Shown here piece after piece: positions 37,333-49,465 of a stretch of 64,000 bases of DNA (the first letter of the stretch is position 1; each line of letters starts with the position of its first letter). The translations under genes were made by a program, and so were the position numbers. This DNA is from a virus. The notes beneath the pieces are model-generated. The model made no database searches, was not told the origin of the DNA, and saw only the letters and a program-made list of their open reading frames with translations. The stretch lies in IMG/VR virus record IMGVR_UViG_3300045988_149268, positions 1 to 64,000 of that record; one strand, written 5' to 3'.

Positions 37333-38320
37333 TATGGCAATTAATCTTTTGAATATTCAACCCCATAAGGTTAGTCGTGATCTTAGCGGGTATATCACTT
37401 TCATTTATGGTCAGCCTAAGTGTGGCAAGACGACTTTTGCCACGCAAATGCCTTCTCATCTTCTTCTTGCCTTTGAAAAGGGCTATAATGCCTTGCCTGG
37501 AGTTATCGCATAGGATGTTAATTCTTGGGGCGAAATGAAGAGCGTTCTCCGTGAATTGAAGAAGCCTGAAGTCCAGCAGACATTTAAAAGTGTTATTATT
37601 GATACTGTTGACATCGCAGCAGAGCTTTGCCAAAAGTATATCTGTCAACAGCTTAATATTGAGAATGTTGGTGACGGCGGTTTTACCAATAATGGTTGGA
37701 GTAAGTATAAGAAAGAATTTGAAGATACTTTTCGCACTTTGACAATGCTTGGTTATGCTGTTGTATTTATTTCTCACGTTAAGCGCACTGAGGACAACAA
37801 GACTGGGGAAGTAACAATTAAGCCTTCTACTCAAAGTTCTGCACTTGCCATTATTGAAAATATGGCTGACTTATACGGCTACGCCCATCCAGTAAAGCAA
37901 AATGATGGCTCTTCTAAGGTTGTGCTTACTTTGCGTGGTCCTGATGGCGTGTCTTGCGGCGGACGTTTTAAGTATATTGATAATGAAGTTGATTTTAATT
38001 ATCCCGCAGTTGCCAAGGCTTTGACTGATGCTATTGATCGTGAAGCAAAGGCACATGACAATAAGTTTGTCACTGATGCTCGTGAAGTAGCAACCGTACA
38101 AAAGGAATATGATTATGACGCAATGATTGCTGATTTTAATAATATTACAAATGACTTGATGACCAAGGATAAGGCATATTATGGGCCTCGTATTATTCAG
38201 ATTATTGAACGGTATCTTGGTAAGGGCAAAAAGGTTGGCGATACAACTCGTGACCAGGCTGAACTGGTTTACCTTATCAATAGCGATATTCGCGCAGAGC
38301 TGATTGAAACCAAGGCTTAA
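37333..38320 (+). CDS. Sak4-like RecA-family recombination ATPase (AAA_24); 1 in-frame TAG
   Basis: Walker A YGQPKCGKTTFA; frame continuous from ATG ~37333 through TAG into track ORF 37535-38320. Confidence 0.6.
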
Positions 38321-38332
38321 AGTAATCAAAAA

Positions 38333-38365
38333 CCCCAAGTAGATAATACTTGGGGTTGATTTTTA
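38333..38365 (+). terminator. Rho-independent terminator
   Basis: CCCCAAGTA-GATAATA-CTTGGGG then TTGATTTTTATT. Confidence 0.7.
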
Positions 38366-38384
38366 TTAAAAAAAGTGATATAAT
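38356..38384 (+). promoter_or_regulatory. Sigma-A type promoter TTGATT-N17-TATAAT
   Basis: Promoter-family member overlapping terminator tail. Confidence 0.55.
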
Positions 38385-38407
38385 AATTATAGAAAAGGAG
38401 TGAGCGT

Positions 38408-38959
38408 ATGGCGCATATAGTAACGTGTACTATTTGTGGGCAAAAATTCGATAGAGATAAAATTGATGCTGTTAATACAAGTGCCAGAAGATATGCTCAC
38501 GCAACTTGTATATTAAGGCAAGGATCATTAGAAGACCAAGCAAAAGCGGAACAGATTCTCGCGGCGCAAGCCAAACAAGAACATGATTTAATCTCTCTTG
38601 AAGAATATATTAAAAAGATATTCGCCGTAGAAGATATTAATCTTAGAATAAAAAAACAAATTAATACTTTTCATGATGAATATAAATATAGTTATAGTGG
38701 AATATTAAAGTCTTTAATTTATTTTTATGAGATAAAAGGTAATTCCATTGATAAGGCTAATGGCGGAATTGGCATTGTGCCCTATATTTATGATGATGCA
38801 AATGCTTATTATAGACGATTGTGGAAGGCTCAGCAAATAAACCAGTCAAAACCAATAGAACAGTATATATCACAACCGCAGACAATAATCGCAATTTCTG
38901 TCCCAAAGCCGCCAAAACGCACTCGTCAAAAATTATTTACATTTTTAGATGAAGAATAG
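38408..38959 (+). CDS. Hypothetical zinc-finger protein
   Basis: CTICGQ...H..C motif; 183 aa. Confidence 0.5.
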   Translation: MAHIVTCTICGQKFDRDKIDAVNTSARRYAHATCILRQGSLEDQAKAEQILAAQAKQEHDLISLEEYIKKIFAVEDINLRIKKQINTFHDEYKYSYSGILKSLIYFYEIKGNSIDKANGGIGIVPYIYDDANAYYRRLWKAQQINQSKPIEQYISQPQTIIAISVPKPPKRTRQKLFTFLDEE

Positions 38960-38967
38960 GAGGCCAA

Positions 38968-40514
38968 TGATGGCATCTAAATATAATGATTCTGCGGCGA
39001 TGATGCAAGTTATTGGTTGTATTTATAAAGACCCAAACTACTATCTTGATTATAATGATAAATACGTTATAACAGAAGAAGATTTTGCAGATGATTTTCA
39101 TAGAATTGTATATGGAGTAATTTATAAATTACACGAATTAGGCGCATCGAAAATTACGCCAGAAGCGATTAATGATTTTCTTGAGACTCGCCCAAAAAGC
39201 AAAGGAATTTTTAATCTTAATAAAGGTATGGAATATCTATCAAAAGTAAAAGATATTGCGCAACCGCTTACTTTTGATTATTATTATAGCCGTTTGAAAA
39301 AAATGAGTTTATTACGAGCCTATGACAATATTGGCTTGGATGTTAGTGAATATTATGACCCAGATAATATTCTTGATTTAAAAAAGAAACAACTTCAAGA
39401 GGAATGGTTTGATAATACTTCTATTGAACAAATGGCAGATATTATCAATAAAGAGATTGAAGAAATTTATCAAACTCATGTGAAAAACGATGTTTATGGA
39501 ACAGCGTCAAAAGCGGGTGACGGTCTTGAAGAACTAATTATTCAGTTTGAAAAAAGTCCTGATGTTGGTGTTCCTCTTTATGGTAATTATATTAATACTG
39601 TAACAAGAGGAGCAAGACTTGGTAAATTTTATCTACGTTCTGCGCCTACCGGTGTAGGCAAAACTCGTTCTATGATTGCTGACGCTTGTAATATTGCTTG
39701 CTCAAGTATTTATGATACTCAATATGAACGATGGATCAATAATGGAAAAACCTTCCCTACTTTGTTTATTACAACAGAACAGAGTAAAGATGAAGTTCAG
39801 ACAATGATGCTTGCTTTTTTGTCTGCGGTAAATGAAGAGCATATTACAGCAGGTAAGTATGAAGCAAATGAGCGTGAGAGAGTAATGAAAGCTGCGCAAC
39901 TTATTAAAGAGGCTCCTTTATATATAGAAGAATTGCCTGAATTTAATCTTCAAGATATTGAAAATACTATTAAGCGTAATATTAGAGAAAATCATATTTT
40001 ATATTTTTTTCATGATTATATTCACACAAGTATTAAAATTCTTGAAGAAATTAGCCAACGTGCAGGAAAAATTGCTTTACGAGAAGATAATATTCTTTTT
40101 ATGCTAAGCACAAGACTCAAAGATATTTGTGTGAAGTATGGTGTATTTATTATGTCGGCAACTCAGCTGAATGGACAATATAACGATTCAGAAACACCTG
40201 ATCAAAATTTGTTGCGAGGAGCAAAAGCAATAGCAGATAAAATTGACTATGGGTCAATTCTTTTGCCGGTTAAAGATGATGATTTGGTTGCTCTTGAACC
40301 AGTAATAGCAAAAAATCCTGGATGGATGGGCCCGACGATAAAATTATCAGTATATAAAAATCGTCGTGGAAGATATAAAGGAGTTTATTTGTGGTGTAAA
40401 GCCGATCTTGGCACTTGTCGTATTGAGCCAATATTTTTAACTAATTATCAGTATGAGTTACAAAATATTGAAGATATAAAAGTTACTTTTAAAGAAGAAG
40501 AATCAGTATTTTAA
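38968..40514 (+). CDS. DnaB-family replicative DNA helicase
   Basis: N-terminal DnaB-like helical domain, Walker A SAPTGVGKT, RecA-like core; start ATG 38968 after taggaggcca. Confidence 0.7.
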
Positions 40515-40717
40515 TGGAGGGAATTTTTATGAATAACGTATATTACTCTAAGACAAATAAGGATAAGATTTGGGGTCGTGAATTGTCTTATACAATGACA
40601 AAAAGTGAATTTAAGGAAATTTGTGGCGATAACTTTAATCCGCAGAAAGTGATTGACTATATTAATGATACTTATGGTCTGCTTGGCACGGTGACGGAGC
40701 TGCATCTGGAGGGCTAA
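40514..40717 (+). CDS. Small hypothetical protein
   Basis: 67-aa ORF coupled to helicase stop. Confidence 0.4.
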   Translation: MEGIFMNNVYYSKTNKDKIWGRELSYTMTKSEFKEICGDNFNPQKVIDYINDTYGLLGTVTELHLEG

Positions 40718-40724
40718 TTTTTTA

Positions 40725-41831
40725 ATGCGATATTATGACAAGGACGAAATCAAAGAAAAATTAACGACTGATATGGTATTTGATATAGTTTATGAGTTTG
40801 GTGGTGAGCCAAGAATAACAAATTTTGGCTTTATCGCAGCGACTATTTGTCATAACATCGCAGGAGAAGGCTCTCATAAATTATATTATTACGAAAACAC
40901 AAAATTATTTAGATGCTATACTGGCTGTGATAGTACGTTTGATATTTTTGAACTAATTCAAAAAATAAAATTATTATCACAGCCTCAAAGTAATTGGGGT
41001 TTATATGATTCTGTTAGATGGGTGGCAGCGAGATATAATTGGGCGTCGTCAACAGAAAAAGAAGAAGCAGCCGATATTTTGCCAGATTGGGCTATTTTAG
41101 ATAAATATGAAAAATTATTGCAAGATAATATTACCACTGCACAAACAATTCAACTAAAAGAATATGATGATATTATTTTACAGCGACTTTCATATCCTCG
41201 TATTAGCTCTTGGTTAGCAGAAGGCATTAATCAAGAAATTTTAACAAAAAATAAGATTGGTTATTATCCAGGCGGAGAACAAATAACCATTCCGCACTAT
41301 GATGTTAATGGTCGTTTTATTGGTTTACGAGGTCGAACAATCTCAAAAGAAAATGCTGATTTATATGGAAAATATCGACCAGTTCTAATCGGCGGAGTTT
41401 TATATAATCATCCTCTTGGATTAAATCTATATAACTTAAATAATAGTAAAAACAATATCGCTTTGGCAAAAAAAGCTATTATATTTGAAGGTGAAAAAAG
41501 CTGTTTAAAATATGCGTCTTATTTTGGAATAGATAATGATATATCAGTTGCTTGTTGTGGTTCAGCTATTAGTTTTGTTCAAATTAAATTATTATTGGAG
41601 GCTGGCGCCACGGAAATTATTATAGGATTTGATAAGCAGTTTCAAGAAAAAGGCGATATTGAGTTTAAACATTTAATAAAAAATTTAAAAAATATTCATC
41701 GCAAATATAGTTCATATGCGACGATAAGTTTTTTATTTGATAAATGGAATTTACTTGGCTATAAAGACTCTCCTGTTGATAAAGGGCCAGAGATATTCCA
41801 GAAATTATATAAACAAAGAATCTTTTTATAA
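40725..41831 (+). CDS. DnaG-like TOPRIM DNA primase
   Basis: TOPRIM region IIFEGEKS...IIIGFDKQ; position between helicase and nuclease genes. Confidence 0.55.
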   Translation: MRYYDKDEIKEKLTTDMVFDIVYEFGGEPRITNFGFIAATICHNIAGEGSHKLYYYENTKLFRCYTGCDSTFDIFELIQKIKLLSQPQSNWGLYDSVRWVAARYNWASSTEKEEAADILPDWAILDKYEKLLQDNITTAQTIQLKEYDDIILQRLSYPRISSWLAEGINQEILTKNKIGYYPGGEQITIPHYDVNGRFIGLRGRTISKENADLYGKYRPVLIGGVLYNHPLGLNLYNLNNSKNNIALAKKAIIFEGEKSCLKYASYFGIDNDISVACCGSAISFVQIKLLLEAGATEIIIGFDKQFQEKGDIEFKHLIKNLKNIHRKYSSYATISFLFDKWNLLGYKDSPVDKGPEIFQKLYKQRIFL

Positions 41832-41843
41832 AGTAGGGATAAA

Positions 41844-43589
41844 ATGAATTATAAGGTATATACAAGAAATCAAGAATTTAATATATTAGAGCAGGTTTTA
41901 TATAACAGAGGAATTGTTGCTCCTCAACAGATGAGAGAATTTATCGCACCTGATGAAAAAGTCGTTCAAAGTGAATATGCTTTATCCAATATCGAGGAAG
42001 CAGCAAAAGAGTTATGTAGAAATTTAGCTCATCAAAATAAGATTTATATTCAGGTTGATAGCGACTGTGATGGGTATACATCATCTGCAGTTTTAATTAA
42101 TTATTTGCATCGTATTTTTCCAGCTACCGTTGAAAACAATATTATTTATAATGTACATGGAGATAAGCATCATGGAATAAATATTGATGCTATTCCTAAA
42201 GATGTTAAACTTGTTATAGCACCAGACTCATCTTCAAATGAAAATGATTTGCATAAGAAATTAGTCGAACGAGGAATACATATTATTGTTTTAGATCATC
42301 ACCAAGCAGTAGCGGATGAATCAGATCCAACAATTATTGTCAATAATCAGATGTGCAATTATCCGAATAAAGCGCTGTCTGGCGTCGGTATTGTGTATAA
42401 ATTTTGTAAGGTGCTTGACAATATTTTTCATGTTTCATATGCCGACGATTATCTTGATTTGGTGAGTTTAGGTATGACCGCGGATATGATGGATTTGCGC
42501 GAGCCAGAAACACATTATTATGTTATTAAAGGCGCAGAAAATATCAAAAACATTTTTTATAATAAAATGATTGAAAAGCAAGAATATTCGATGAAAGGTG
42601 CTGTAAATCCTTTTACAATTAGTTGGTATATCGCTCCATTAATTAACGCTGTTACTCGAAGTGGTACATTGGATGAAAAGAGACTGGTGTTTGAAGCCTT
42701 CCTTGATTATCAAGCGATTCAAGTAATTCCTTCTACAAAGCGTGGAGCAAAAGGTCAAGATGAATTAAAAGTTGAACAAGCATTGCGACTTGTAACGAAT
42801 ATTAAAAGCCGCCAAGAAAAAACAAAAAAAGACATTCTTGATAAAATTTTACCCACTATTGATGCAGAATCGACCGATCCAATTCTTGTAATTTTATTTC
42901 CCGAACCAATAGATGAAAATTTAAATGGTTTGCTTGCTAATCAGTTAATGGGAATGTTTCATAAACCAACTTTTGTTTTAAACGGATATTACGATGAAAC
43001 AAAGGATAATGATTTATATTTTAGAGGTTCGGCAAGAGGATTTGAATCAGCAAAAGTTCATGATTGGCGTAAATATGTTGAAGATAGCGGTTGCGCCGAA
43101 TATGCAGAAGGACATGAGTTTGCTTTTGGTGTATCTTTTGAAGCCGATTCTCTTGAATATTTTATCGAAAAGACAAAACAAGATTTAGGCACAGATAATC
43201 AATCATTTTATCAAGTTGATTTTTCATATTTAACTTCAGATAAATTTGATAAGGACATACTTGATTTAGGACATTTGCAAGGATTATGGGGACAAAATGT
43301 ACAAGAACCACTGGTTGTAATTGAAAAAGTAGCTTTAACTCAAAATGATATTCAGCTATTGGGAAAAGGTACATTAAAAATTACTATTCCCGGTCATAGC
43401 ACAAGCTGTATTAAATTTGGTGGAGAAGATGCTTATAATGATTTAATTAAGCATTTGCCAGAAGTGGATTCTCGTATTTATGTTTCTTTACTTGGAACGT
43501 GCGCGGTTAATGAATATTATGGCAATGAATATCCACAAATTAAATTGAAAGATTATGAAATTACTGGTATAATGGAATGGTACTTTTAA
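41844..43589 (+). CDS. RecJ-like DHH-family single-strand exonuclease
   Basis: DHH motifs DSDCDGYTS, DHH; 581 aa. Confidence 0.65.
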   Translation: MNYKVYTRNQEFNILEQVLYNRGIVAPQQMREFIAPDEKVVQSEYALSNIEEAAKELCRNLAHQNKIYIQVDSDCDGYTSSAVLINYLHRIFPATVENNIIYNVHGDKHHGINIDAIPKDVKLVIAPDSSSNENDLHKKLVERGIHIIVLDHHQAVADESDPTIIVNNQMCNYPNKALSGVGIVYKFCKVLDNIFHVSYADDYLDLVSLGMTADMMDLREPETHYYVIKGAENIKNIFYNKMIEKQEYSMKGAVNPFTISWYIAPLINAVTRSGTLDEKRLVFEAFLDYQAIQVIPSTKRGAKGQDELKVEQALRLVTNIKSRQEKTKKDILDKILPTIDAESTDPILVILFPEPIDENLNGLLANQLMGMFHKPTFVLNGYYDETKDNDLYFRGSARGFESAKVHDWRKYVEDSGCAEYAEGHEFAFGVSFEADSLEYFIEKTKQDLGTDNQSFYQVDFSYLTSDKFDKDILDLGHLQGLWGQNVQEPLVVIEKVALTQNDIQLLGKGTLKITIPGHSTSCIKFGGEDAYNDLIKHLPEVDSRIYVSLLGTCAVNEYYGNEYPQIKLKDYEITGIMEWYF

Positions 43590-43590
43590 T

Positions 43591-43619
43591 TGACATTTTT
43601 AATTAAATTTGATATAATA
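43591..43619 (+). promoter_or_regulatory. Sigma-A type promoter TTGACA-N17-TATAAT
   Basis: Consensus hexamers. Confidence 0.6.
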
Positions 43620-43642
43620 TAATTAGAAATGGAGGAGTTCAT

Positions 43643-44821
43643 ATGGAACTTACAGAAAAACAGAAACAAGGATTGGACATTGCAATTAAAAGATACCGTG
43701 CCGGTGAAGCATATACAGTTATTAGCGGTTATGCTGGAACTGGTAAAAGCACTCTTGTAAGAGTTATCGTTGGGTCACTTGGTCTTGCGCCAGGACAAGT
43801 GGCCTATATTGCATATACAGGAAAGGCTGCACAAGTTTTGCGTTCTAAAGGATGTTCAACAGCAAAAACAGCGCATAAACTATTATATAAATCAATTTTA
43901 AATGAAAAAACCGGAAAATTTTACAATATTCCTCGTGTTTATTTAGATGGCCCATACAAACTTATTGTTGTTGATGAAGTTTCTATGCTACCAAAAGAAT
44001 TATGGGATTTATTGCTTTCACATCATATTCATGTATTGGCACTCGGCGATCCCGGACAGTTGCCGCCAGTTAAAGCAGAAAGTAATGGAGTTTTAGATAA
44101 CCCACATATTTTCCTTGACGAAATTATGCGACAAGCAAAAGACAGTGAAATCATTCGTTTAACAATGAATATTCGTGCTGGAAAGCCTCTTGAATTATTT
44201 AGCGGACAAGACGTGCGAATTGTTGATCAAGATGAACTTAATAAGCCTGGTATTTGGAGATGGCCAGATCAAATTTTAGTCGCAAAAAATGCTACAAGAC
44301 ATTCTATTAATACTTTTATTCGTAAAGAGCTTTATAATAGAATAAATCCTTTTCCAGAAGAAGGAGATAAAATTATTTGTCTAAGAAATGATTGGAATAC
44401 AGCAAATGCAGCGGGAGATGCTTTAGTTAATGGTTTAACTGGCACTATTGAGAATATCAGAGAACAAGATCCAGTTAATCCTTTTGCCGAAGCTACTTTT
44501 AAAGCAGATTTTATGCCTGATTTTGAAGGTTCTGGAATTTTTACTGATTTAGAAATGGATGAATGTATTTTTACTACACATAAACAAAGTAAAAATAAAG
44601 TCCATCCAGATTGGTCTCTTCCTAAAGAATACGCACCAGAACAATTTGATTATGGATACGTGATTACAACTCATAAATCTCAAGGTAGCGAATATAATAA
44701 AGTATTAGTTCTTGAAGAATTTTTAAGAAGTCAAGGTTCTGAAGACCATATTCGTTGGCTATATACGGCCGCAACAAGAGCAAGTCAAAAATTAATTATT
44801 GTGAGGGACTATCGTTTATGA
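43643..44821 (+). CDS. SF1 Dda/RecD-like DNA helicase
   Basis: Walker A GYAGTGKST, DEVSM, GDPGQLPPV, C-terminal VITTHKSQGSEY. Confidence 0.7.
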   Translation: MELTEKQKQGLDIAIKRYRAGEAYTVISGYAGTGKSTLVRVIVGSLGLAPGQVAYIAYTGKAAQVLRSKGCSTAKTAHKLLYKSILNEKTGKFYNIPRVYLDGPYKLIVVDEVSMLPKELWDLLLSHHIHVLALGDPGQLPPVKAESNGVLDNPHIFLDEIMRQAKDSEIIRLTMNIRAGKPLELFSGQDVRIVDQDELNKPGIWRWPDQILVAKNATRHSINTFIRKELYNRINPFPEEGDKIICLRNDWNTANAAGDALVNGLTGTIENIREQDPVNPFAEATFKADFMPDFEGSGIFTDLEMDECIFTTHKQSKNKVHPDWSLPKEYAPEQFDYGYVITTHKSQGSEYNKVLVLEEFLRSQGSEDHIRWLYTAATRASQKLIIVRDYRL

Positions 44822-45306
44822 TTCATTTTGCAACGAGTTATTTTTATCAAATTAGATTTTTTCGACCAGATATGATTCCTCTAAGCACAGCAAAATTTGA
44901 TCCAAAATGGTTCCATCAGAATAAAGGGCATAATTTTACTTTTTTTGATAAAAATTATGTGCTTAATGGTTTACGATTTGAAGAATTTGCGCCTGGGCCA
45001 ATGTGTGAAGGATTATGTTGTGGGCCAGAAACTTGTTCTAAAAATGTAAATAATTGCGACTTTCTTAGTGCTTATCGTCGCCAGCTTGAAAAGGTTTCTT
45101 TTGAAAATTTAATTCATAGATGTGAAGATTGTTTGGCTTGGTATAAAATTAAACACAATATAGAATTTACAGAACCGACTTTCGTGATGATAGTTTATGA
45201 AACTCCGACAAATCCTTGTAGTGAGCGTTCAGCCATTCAAGACTGGTTTAAATTAAAAGGTATTGAATGTAAAGAGCTTTCTATTGACAAATCATTAAAA
45301 ATATGA
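44817..45306 (+). CDS. Hypothetical Cys-rich protein
   Basis: ATG overlapping helicase stop (ATGA); track ORF begins earlier at 44755. Confidence 0.45.
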
Positions 45307-45312
45307 TATAAT
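45284..45312 (+). promoter_or_regulatory. Sigma-A type promoter TTGACA-N17-TATAAT
   Basis: Consensus hexamers. Confidence 0.6.
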
Positions 45313-45355
45313 ATTATATAGAAAAGGAGCTCTTCAAGGAGGTGGAATTAAAGTA

Positions 45356-48300
45356 ATGGGATTTTTTAATGGACATAATCATACCCATTACTCTTAGGGT
45401 CTAACCTAAGAATTGTCGATTGTATTATTAAGCCAAAAGACCTAATTGATAGAGCGATTCAATTGGGTCTTTCTGGTATTGCTATCACTGATCATGAATG
45501 TTTAAGTGCGCATATGGAAATAAATTTATATGCACAAAAAATTCATGAACAATATCCAGATTTTACAATTGCTCTCGGTAATGAGATTTATTTAACTGAA
45601 ACAAGAGAAAAAGGACAGCCGTATTATCATTTTATTTTAATTGCAAAGGATGCTATTGGTCACAAAGCATTGCGTGAACTTAGTTCAACTGCTTGGTATA
45701 ATTCTTATTTTGACCGTGGCATGGAACGTGTGCCGACGCTTAAAAGTGAATTATCAAATATTATAAATAAATATAAGGGGCACCTAATAGCAACGACAGC
45801 CTGTATTGGTGGAGAATTGCCAAAATTATTGCTGGCTCGTAACAGTTTAAAGATGGCAAATTTGAACACAAATGAAGTAGATGAAAAAATTAATGATTTT
45901 ATTACATTTTGTATAAATACTTTTGGACAAGATAACTTTTTTATTGAATGTGCGCCATCTACTGCAAGTGATCAGATTCTTGTGAATAGACTTCTTGCTG
46001 CAATTAGTAAAGAATATAATCTTAAACTTGTTGTGGCAACAGATAGTCATTATCTTAGTAAAGAAACAAGATTCGCGCATAAGGCTTATTTGAATTCAAA
46101 AGATGGCGAACGTGAAGTTGACGCTTTCTATGAATTCGCCAGATTGATGGATGAAAAAGAAGTAAAGGAATTGCTTCATTACTCTTTTCCATATGAAGAA
46201 AAAATTGGTGATGCAAGATGCTACATTAAGAATCTAGAAAAAGATTTTGTTGATGTAATTTTAGAAAATACTGAATATGTTCGTCAGCAAATTACATATT
46301 ATTCATTGGCTCAAAATCAACATATTCCTACTGTTAATTTACCTGAATATCCTGCTTATATTCAAGCTGGTATTGAAAAGTATCCAACACTAACTAAACT
46401 ATTTAGCTCTTCTAATAATCAAGAGAGATATTGGGTGAATGAGTGCTGGAAAGCGCTTATTGAAAAAAAGTTAATAGATAATGATGAATATGTTGCGCGC
46501 CTTGAAACAGAAGCGGATGTAATTGATTTTATCGGTAATAAACTTGGGACTTGTCTGTTCGCATATTTCAATACTTTTAAACACTATATTGATTTGTTCT
46601 GGGAGTGCGGCAGTATCGTTGGCCCAGGTCGTGGTTCAGCCACCGGCTTTTTAAGCAATTATCTTTTGGGTATTACTCAGCTTGATCCAATTCGTTGGAA
46701 ACTCCCTTGGTTCAGATTTTTGAATAAAGAGCGTGCAGAATTGCCTGATATTGATATTGATTTGGCGCCCTCAAAAAGACCCGCAATTTTCAATGCGATT
46801 AGACAAGAGCGTGGAGAACTTGGCTTAGTTCAGGTCGTAACTTTTGGCACAGAAGGCACCAAAAGTGCAATTCAAACTGCTTGTCGTGGATATCGACATC
46901 AAGATGAGAATGGAATTGAACTATATCCAAATGGCATTGATGTTGACATTGCGTTGTATATTAGCTCTTTGATTCCTCAACAGCGTGGTTTTCTTTGGTC
47001 TATTCATGATGTTGTATATGGAAATGAAGAGCTTGGTCGAGCGCCAGTTAAAGAATTTATAAAAGAAGTTAATCAATATGATGGTCTTTTGAGTATTATC
47101 GAGAATATTGAAGGTCTTATTAAGCAACGTGGTATTCATGCTTCTGGTGTTATGTTATATGATGTAAATCATATTTATGATACTGCGGCGATTATGAAAG
47201 CACCTTCTGGAGATTTGGTAACAGCTTATGATCTTCATATGGCAGAAGCCGCCGGAGATACGAAATATGATTTTCTTGTAACAGAAGTTTCAGACAAAAT
47301 TATTGAAACATTAAAATTAATGGAAGATGATTCTGTTATTCCGACCGATTCTTTAAGAAATATCTATAACAAATATCTCCATCCAGAAATAATTGATACA
47401 GATACGTCAGATATTTGGCAAGCTCTTGCGAATGGTTCTGTTTTGGACGTTTTTCAATTCGGCACTGGTGTTGGATTAGCAATGGCTAAAAAACTTCAGC
47501 CTAAAAATCCTATTGAAATGACTGCGGCGAACGCTATGATTCGTTTGATGTCTGAGCCAGGAGTAGAAAGTCAGCAAGATAGATACTATCGTATTAAAAA
47601 TGGTGGTATTAAAATTTTTGATGATGAAATGCGCCAACATAAGTTGCCTGAACATATGATTCAAGCTCTTCATAAATATTGTGATGAATATTATGGATGC
47701 GTTCCGATTCAAGAGCAAATGATGATGATTCTTATGGATAAAAATATTTCTTCATTTACTCTTGCCGAAGCAAATGATGCACGTAAAATCGTTGCTAAAA
47801 AACAAATGAAACGGATTCCAGAATTAAGAGAGCATTTCTACAGAACGATGGAAAAAGAATATGCTGATTATGTTTGGGAATTAGCAATCGCACCACAATT
47901 GGGTTATGCTTTTAGTTTGAACCATTCACTTCCATATTCTTTTGTTGGTATTCAGACTCTTATCTTAGGCACACGATTTAATCCAGTGTATTGGAATACC
48001 GCTTGTCTTATTGTAAATAGTGGTGCGACAGATCCAGAAATGGATGGAACTACAAATTATGGTAAAATAGCAAAAGCAATTGGTGACATTACAAGCCGAG
48101 GGATTATAATTAAACCAGTTGATATTAATATTTCTGAATATGGGTTTAAACCTAAAGCAGATTCTGGTGAAATTTTCTTCGGACTAAAAGGACTTTTGAA
48201 TGTCGGCGATGATGTAATTGATATGATTTGTAAAAATCGTCCATATGTCAATTTTGCAGATTTTTTGCTAAAAGTGCCAGCAAATAAACAAGCGATTATT

Positions 48301-49269
48301 TCATTGATTAAAAGTGGAGCTTTTGATACTTTTGATGAGCGTAAAAAAATTATGGCTCAATATATTTGGAAAACTTGTGACAAAAAAGTTCGTTTGAATC
48401 TGCAAAATATGTCAACTCTTTTAAAACGTAATCTTATTCCTGATACTCTAAAAAAAGAGCGTTCTGTTTTTGAATTTAATAGATATTTAAAAGATATTTG
48501 CGGTAAAACAGATACGTTAGAGTTTTGTCTTGATGAACGAGCTATGCGTTTTCTTGAAGCTAATTTTTGTGATGCACCGATTAATATGCACGATAATTGT
48601 TACTGGCTGAATAAAAAGGCATGGGATAAGGTTTATCAAAAGGTTATGGACAAGATTCGTGATTATATTAAAGAAAATCAACAAGAAATGCTCTATCAGC
48701 TAAATAAAATGATTTTTGCCGATGATTGGCAAAAATATGCCAAAGGAACATATTCAGCTTGGGAAATGGAAGTAATGTGTTATTATTATCATGACCATGA
48801 GCTTAAAAATGTGAATAAAATTCGTTATGGATTAAGTGATTTCAATAAACTTCCAGAAGAGCCTATTGTTGATACTGTTATTCATAGAAAAGGTGTAATT
48901 ATTCCAATTTATAAATTAACTCATATTTGTGGTACTGTTATTGCAAAGAATAAAACAAAAGGCGATATTAGTCTTTTAACCACTGATGGAGTTGTTCATG
49001 TTTGGTTTAGAAAAGAATATTTCGCTTTATTCGATAAGCAAATTTCTGCTCGTGGTGAAGATGGAGCAAAACACGTTATTGAAAAAAGCTGGTTCAATAG
49101 AGGTAATATGTTAATTATAACTGGTATGCGTCGTGGTGATGATTTTATTCCAAAGAAGTATGCTTCAACGCAGGGACATCAATTATATCGTATTACTGAA
49201 ATCAAAGATGATGGAAGTTTGACTTTACAGTATGAACGAGCAAAGGGCGAACAAGAAGATGACGAATGA
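45356..49269 (+). CDS. DNA polymerase III alpha-like replicative polymerase (PHP + pol core); N-terminal 13 codons in a different frame, -1 shift needed at an in-frame TAG (45395-45397)
   Basis: ATG 45356 after caaggaggtgg RBS encodes MGFFNGHNHTHYS (PHP HxH motif) then TAG; -1 frame continues LGSNLRIVDCIIKPKDLIDRAIQLGLSGIAITDH = rest of PHP motif I/II and the 1268-aa track ORF. Confidence 0.6.
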
Positions 49270-49465
49270 TTTAATGAAAGTCAATGACGTTTTGGCGTGG
49301 CGAGAACGCCACCCAAAATGTCTTTATTGTGTATATGCACGACATCGCTGTATTAACGAAAGTGATTGGTGGGAGTGCCTTGCTAAACAAAAGTTTATAC
49401 ATAGTGCAGGCATACCGCGCTATTTTTGTAAAATATATGAACCGCATTGTGAGGATTTAAAATGA
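49259..49465 (+). CDS. Hypothetical Cys-rich small protein
   Basis: Overlaps polymerase stop; 68 aa from ATG 49259. Confidence 0.4.
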   Translation: MTNDLMKVNDVLAWRERHPKCLYCVYARHRCINESDWWECLAKQKFIHSAGIPRYFCKIYEPHCEDLK

